Virus record (IMG/VR): IMGVR_UViG_3300023179_000146
Span: 1 to 52,520 of that record
Direction: 5' to 3' (one strand)
Length of the DNA: 52,520 nt
From: a virus
Taxonomy: Duplodnaviria; Caudoviricetes
Part shown: piece by piece, positions 48,332-52,520 of the stretch
How positions within the stretch are numbered: position 1 is the first letter of the stretch
Layout: every line of letters begins with the position of its first letter
The notes under the pieces: generated by a model
The model's input: the letters and a program-made list of their open reading frames with translations, nothing else
Told to the model about the DNA's origin: nothing
The model's database searches: none
Translations under genes and position numbers: made by a program

Positions 48332-49755
48332 ACACCAAAAATTGGTATTTTACCATCCACACCATTTACAGTAACACATAACCAAAAAGCTGGATTTTTT
48401 AAGTTACCACCATATTCAGTGAATGTAGAAGAAGTTCCAAGTGGGTAACTTGAAGAAGCAAGTGATAATTGACAATCCTTCCATATTTTAGCACCAGTAC
48501 CAATTGCTATCGAATTAGAATATGTAGCCGACATCGTTGGTCCTGAACCAGAACCCAAAAACACATTGAAACAAGAGTTAAATCCTAAATTCGTACCTAT
48601 ACCATCACCAATTAACACATTAGATACTCCATTAGCAAGTTCTGCTGCTCGATTACCCATCGCAATTCCCAAACTAGTAGTAGTATATCTAGCAGCGCCA
48701 GATCCTATAAAAATGTTATCATTTAAACCGTCTATACTACCACCAGCTAAATAACCAATCACAATATTTCCATTTCCACCAGTATTTGATAAACCAGTAT
48801 CCTGTCCTATAAATATATTACCATAACCAATCGTGTTAGAACAACCACTTCTATACCCAGAAAATACGTTTCCACTTCCAGTTGTATTTTTGACACCACT
48901 ATCAGAACCTATAAATACATTAGAGGCCCCAGTTGAAGTCAAACAACCCGCTCTGAATCCAATCATCACATTATAATCAGACTTAGATGTATATCCAGCT
49001 GCAGCTCCAATAAAAACATTTGCAGTACTTGATGTTGCTGAGTATCCAGCAAATGCACCTAAAAATGTATTGGAATAACCACAAACATTACTAAAACCAC
49101 CACTAAAACCAAGAAATGTATTATTGTAACCGGAAGTATTTGAAAATCCTGAGAGAACTCCAATAAAACTATTACATTTGGCCGAGTTGTTGTATCCAGC
49201 TCTAAAACCCATAGCTACCGTACATTCAGAAGAAGTACCAGCATATCCTGCAAAATCACCTATGAAAGTATTGATACAACCTTTTGTGTTGTTGAAAGCC
49301 ACACAATCGCCTATAAATATGTTATAAGTTCCAACTGTATTTGGGGCCCCACATCGACCAATAACTATACTTGAAGTTGCAACAGTACTGTTTAACATCG
49401 CGTCCTTACCCAAAGCTATCACACCGTCAGCGTTTAATAAGTTTTTACCTGCGTTCGCACCAGCTAAAAGAGAACTATTTACCACAGAACTTGCAGAAGC
49501 CGCTCCAAATCCAACAAAAACATTACTTGAACCAGTATTTAAGGTTGGTTTTTCAAGCACAGTAATTGTTGAAGTAGTACTATCAGAACTCAATGACGGG
49601 ACTTTACCACTTTGAAGGCCAAAACTTTCAAACGTTCTATATTTTGTAAAACCACCATTATCATCCCAAACTAAAATGTATTCACTACTACATTCTGAAA
49701 CAGTTCCAAGTTGTAGTGATGATTCTATGTAAGCCCTATCTATTGAATATGTCAT
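48328..49755 (-). CDS. Tail fibre / adhesin-like protein with 14-aa N-x-F-I-G-x-x-A-G beta-roll repeats
   Basis: Many NTFIG, NVFIG and NIFIG repeats (YadA-head-like); AAATATATA 4 nt before the ATG. Confidence 0.75.
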   Translation of the reverse strand: MTYSIDRAYIESSLQLGTVSECSSEYILVWDDNGGFTKYRTFESFGLQSGKVPSLSSDSTTSTITVLEKPTLNTGSSNVFVGFGAASASSVVNSSLLAGANAGKNLLNADGVIALGKDAMLNSTVATSSIVIGRCGAPNTVGTYNIFIGDCVAFNNTKGCINTFIGDFAGYAGTSSECTVAMGFRAGYNNSAKCNSFIGVLSGFSNTSGYNNTFLGFSGGFSNVCGYSNTFLGAFAGYSATSSTANVFIGAAAGYTSKSDYNVMIGFRAGCLTSTGASNVFIGSDSGVKNTTGSGNVFSGYRSGCSNTIGYGNIFIGQDTGLSNTGGNGNIVIGYLAGGSIDGLNDNIFIGSGAARYTTTSLGIAMGNRAAELANGVSNVLIGDGIGTNLGFNSCFNVFLGSGSGPTMSATYSNSIAIGTGAKIWKDCQLSLASSSYPLGTSSTFTEYGGNLKNPAFWLCVTVNGVDGKIPIFGV

Positions 49756-49771
49756 ATTTTATATATTTAAT

Positions 49772-52168
49772 TTATTCAACATATGTTGTTGATGTCCAGA
49801 AAACGTCTCCAGTAAATGGAATATTTGAGTTAGAATTGACTACAAAACCAGTGGCCAATTTATTTTCAACTGTCCAAGTTCTGGGATCCTCACCAGTAAT
49901 CTGAACACCATAATTTGTATTTAAATATGGAGAAGAAAATGTGACGCCATACTTTAGTATGCTTGCACCTGAAAAAGAGGCCCCACTTATAACATTAGAT
50001 TTATAATCTATTTGTTTATATCCGAGTTCTTTAGTTGTGCTATCCCAAGTTACAAAATTACTTGAAGAACTTAATGTCAAACCACCAACTGAGATTGTAC
50101 CAGTATCCGTAACAGCAAATAAATCATTAGATCCAACATCTTGAATTGAAAAAGTGCCAGTAATAGTATTTTTTATACCAGATTCATTTAACTCAATACT
50201 ATTTACTACTCCTAAAGAAGCAGAAATATAATATAAATCCAAACTATATGTGTAAGCAAAAATATTAGAGAAAATACCATTCGGTAAATCCCAAACAGAC
50301 ATATAAACATAGTCGGACTGAACAGCCAACTGATTATAATATCCAGTAGTTCTATCGATTGAAGCCAATGCTGCTCCAAAAGTTCCACCAGCATTCGTAT
50401 TGTTGAAAACACCAGCACCTCTTATAGTATTACCATCATCATAGTACGCAACTGCACCCGAAATAGTAGCGAAATAACCATCAAAGTCACTATTAATAAA
50501 TTGAAAACCATTTGTATTTGTTTGTGAAAATGAACCGGTTCTACTTAATTCTAAAAATGTATTTGTGCTATAATAATCAGTAATTTGAAAAATATTATTA
50601 GTCGAAGATGTTCCTATTGAAACACTTGGATATCTGTTACCACCCTCAATAGCACCAGAAACAAAGAGAACTCTACCTTGATCATTTCTTAAATCTAAAA
50701 TATCCTGAACATTACTTACTCCGGTATCAACTACCAATCTAGCCCAATTCTCATCACCAATCGTTTTATCTTGTTCAGCCAAAGATCCATCAATTAAAAT
50801 CCCCGAATTTCGGATATGTAATTTCTTTAGCGGATCATTAGTCGAAATTCCTAAGTAGTTGTCTAATGGAGAAGAATAAGTGGCGGTTAAATAAGCGCTT
50901 GAAGTTGAATAAACTAAATTATCTGACTCAGTTAAAACTCGAGCATAAGTACCACTCAAAGGGATATATTTCAATTCACTTTCAAAAAGAATTCTTCCAG
51001 ACTTTCCATACTTAATCTCTGTTATATCAACTTTCAAATTATCATCAGCAACAGTTACTAAATCATAAACTTCAACATTACCCATATTATTGACCAGAGA
51101 TCCTGTAGCAGCAACAAATGCACCATTCGCCACAACTACTTTACCATAAGTCGCGATGTCAAGAGTTCCAAAAACAGTCAAATCACCATAAATCCAATAT
51201 TCCTCATAGTTAGGCACTGTCACAGTTTCAGTTGATTGTATCACATATTTAGCAGCTCTACTTTGAGTCGCGGCTGCTAATGCTGATATAACTAAAGAAT
51301 TTCCAGAATTTGATAAAGAGATACCAGTACCAGCCACAATATCAGAAGATACTTTTCTAGTACTTAATGAAGTTGCTTCAATAGAGATACCAGTTCCACC
51401 ATATATCTGAGTCAACATATCAACTTGTTGAATAACTGAAGAACTACCATGTAGTGTAATAGAACCAGTACCGGATATTGCACCATTTAAAACAACTACT
51501 TTACCATTACCATACACATTAACTAAACCATCCACATTCAAATCACCATAAATCAAGTACTCAGAGTTAGTTCCAACATTAATTGTAGTAGATGATTCTA
51601 TATTCCAAAGAGGATTGAATATATCTCCGACAAATTCTTGTTTAGTCCAAGTACCACTCGGATAATCATCATTCAAATAAACGTAAAGACAAGTAGTTTC
51701 ATTATCAACACGAACAGTTGTACCTTCAGTTGGTGCGGTCAAATCATAAGATAGTCCATTCCATTCCACTATCAAATCATTAAAAGTTGTCCAAATTCCA
51801 CTACCACTAACAACTAAGTATCTATCACCAATTGAAGGTGATACCGGTGGGGTACCACTTCTGGAAATGACAGAATCTAACCATTCGCCACCAGAACCAC
51901 CACCACTAAAAGTAACAAGGTTCCAGTTAAGATTATCAGATAAATTAGCCGAATTAGTAGTCTTCAATTGAAAGAACTCATCAGTACTTAAAACATAAAC
52001 CAACATACCAAAACTTCTTCTATCATATGTTATGGCATCTCTGTCTGTATATGTGTTTACTGTATGATAACCACCTAATAATTCATTTGCAACCGCTGTT
52101 GCCATCGGAGAATTTGTAGATAGGGGTCTTATAGTTGATGATACTAAGGTTCCTTTGTTTTTAGACAT
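49772..52168 (-). CDS. Tail fibre-like structural protein with DUF2793-like domain
   Basis: RSFGMLVYV N-terminal module; PPVSPSIGDRYLV...W...PTEG; two IYGDLxV repeats; AGTGIS repeats; C-terminal V.F..PY...Y.V..T module. Confidence 0.72.
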   Translation of the reverse strand: MSKNKGTLVSSTIRPLSTNSPMATAVANELLGGYHTVNTYTDRDAITYDRRSFGMLVYVLSTDEFFQLKTTNSANLSDNLNWNLVTFSGGGSGGEWLDSVISRSGTPPVSPSIGDRYLVVSGSGIWTTFNDLIVEWNGLSYDLTAPTEGTTVRVDNETTCLYVYLNDDYPSGTWTKQEFVGDIFNPLWNIESSTTINVGTNSEYLIYGDLNVDGLVNVYGNGKVVVLNGAISGTGSITLHGSSSVIQQVDMLTQIYGGTGISIEATSLSTRKVSSDIVAGTGISLSNSGNSLVISALAAATQSRAAKYVIQSTETVTVPNYEEYWIYGDLTVFGTLDIATYGKVVVANGAFVAATGSLVNNMGNVEVYDLVTVADDNLKVDITEIKYGKSGRILFESELKYIPLSGTYARVLTESDNLVYSTSSAYLTATYSSPLDNYLGISTNDPLKKLHIRNSGILIDGSLAEQDKTIGDENWARLVVDTGVSNVQDILDLRNDQGRVLFVSGAIEGGNRYPSVSIGTSSTNNIFQITDYYSTNTFLELSRTGSFSQTNTNGFQFINSDFDGYFATISGAVAYYDDGNTIRGAGVFNNTNAGGTFGAALASIDRTTGYYNQLAVQSDYVYMSVWDLPNGIFSNIFAYTYSLDLYYISASLGVVNSIELNESGIKNTITGTFSIQDVGSNDLFAVTDTGTISVGGLTLSSSSNFVTWDSTTKELGYKQIDYKSNVISGASFSGASILKYGVTFSSPYLNTNYGVQITGEDPRTWTVENKLATGFVVNSNSNIPFTGDVFWTSTTYVE

Positions 52169-52218
52169 ATTAAAATAATCTTTTTCTCCAGTATATATTT
52201 AATTTTATATATACAATT

Positions 52219-52464
52219 ATGAAACATCTTAAACCTTTTAACGAATCCATCGATGATGAAATAAAAAATGAAATCAGACAATCAGTAGAAGATTGTTTTT
52301 TAGACTATACAACGGATTATGGAATGAAAATTCAATTTGTAGATGGATTCTATGTACCTGGTTATCATTTTATGTCTGAAAGATTATTAGATGGTACTGT
52401 GAAAAATATCATTTATCTCGCTTTTTTCAGATTTATCCAATTTGTAATCCTGATAATTCTCTAA
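52219..52464 (+). CDS. Tagged protein (MKHLKPFNES), C-terminus probably aberrant
   Basis: TTATATATA 5 nt before the ATG; the last ~20 codons are the antisense of another gene's 5' end. Confidence 0.55.
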   Translation: MKHLKPFNESIDDEIKNEIRQSVEDCFLDYTTDYGMKIQFVDGFYVPGYHFMSERLLDGTVKNIIYLAFFRFIQFVILIIL

Positions 52465-52473
52465 ATATTTCAT
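52387..52473 (-). pseudogene. Truncated tagged gene (MKYLENYQDYKLDKSEKSEINDIFHSTI*)
   Basis: TTATATATA (52480-52488) 6 nt before ATG 52473; reading stops after 28 codons inside the opposing ORF. Confidence 0.55.
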
Positions 52474-52520
52474 ATAAAGTATATATAATTATTTGACTAT
52501 GAATAATTTTAAATTATCCC

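Noticed and set aside
773-50418. Numerous 60-106 aa antisense or nested ORFs in the track (e.g. 773-1021, 18829-19131, 24225-24524, 44709-45002, 46962-47282)
   Set aside because: Contained within or mostly overlapping longer, better-supported genes; composition typical of antisense shadows.
1-52520. Stop-codon reassignment as in some large Bacteroidota phages
   Set aside because: Long genes are intact in the standard code, and TAG and TGA end genes at sensible places (e.g. 23400, 38501, 34839).
1-52520. tRNA, rRNA or other structured ncRNA genes
   Set aside because: Intergenic gaps are short and AT-rich; no cloverleaf or T-loop signature seen by eye. tRNAscan-SE or Infernal would be decisive.

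Overview
AT-rich, densely coding 52.5 kb segment of a large T4-like (myovirus, probably jumbo) bacteriophage using the standard genetic code. Recognisable T4-type core genes are scattered on both strands rather than in operons: portal gp20 (partial), gp2, gp4, late sigma gp55, gp15, clamp loader gp44, gp25, gp47, tail tube gp19, gp26/gp51, tail sheath gp18 and terminase gp16/gp17. The window also holds a tape-measure-like protein, tail-fibre-like proteins, two homing endonucleases and host-like genes (gmd, fcl, clpS). A Bacteroidota host is suggested by a TTTG-N19-TAnnTTTG promoter, the general lack of Shine-Dalgarno sites and a Gln-rule signal peptide. The main unexplained structures are: (1) about 14 unrelated proteins sharing an N-terminal MK(H/Y/F/K)(L/I)xx(F/Y)xx(F/Y/E) tag like the T4 capsid-targeting sequence, on cargo that includes ADP-ribosyltransferase-, zincin- and nicotinamidase-like domains, with internal and C-terminal copies in some proteins; (2) a near-palindromic ATATATA late-promoter box before most late genes, in 14 cases only 4-7 nt from the ATG (predicted leaderless mRNAs) and often serving divergent genes; (3) a hairpin plus mini-uORF leader on the late sigma gene; (4) a tape-measure-like protein ending in an intact S74 self-cleaving chaperone; (5) two tagged genes that both break off at a convergent junction near 52,400. 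All assignments come from reading motifs by eye; no database searches were run.
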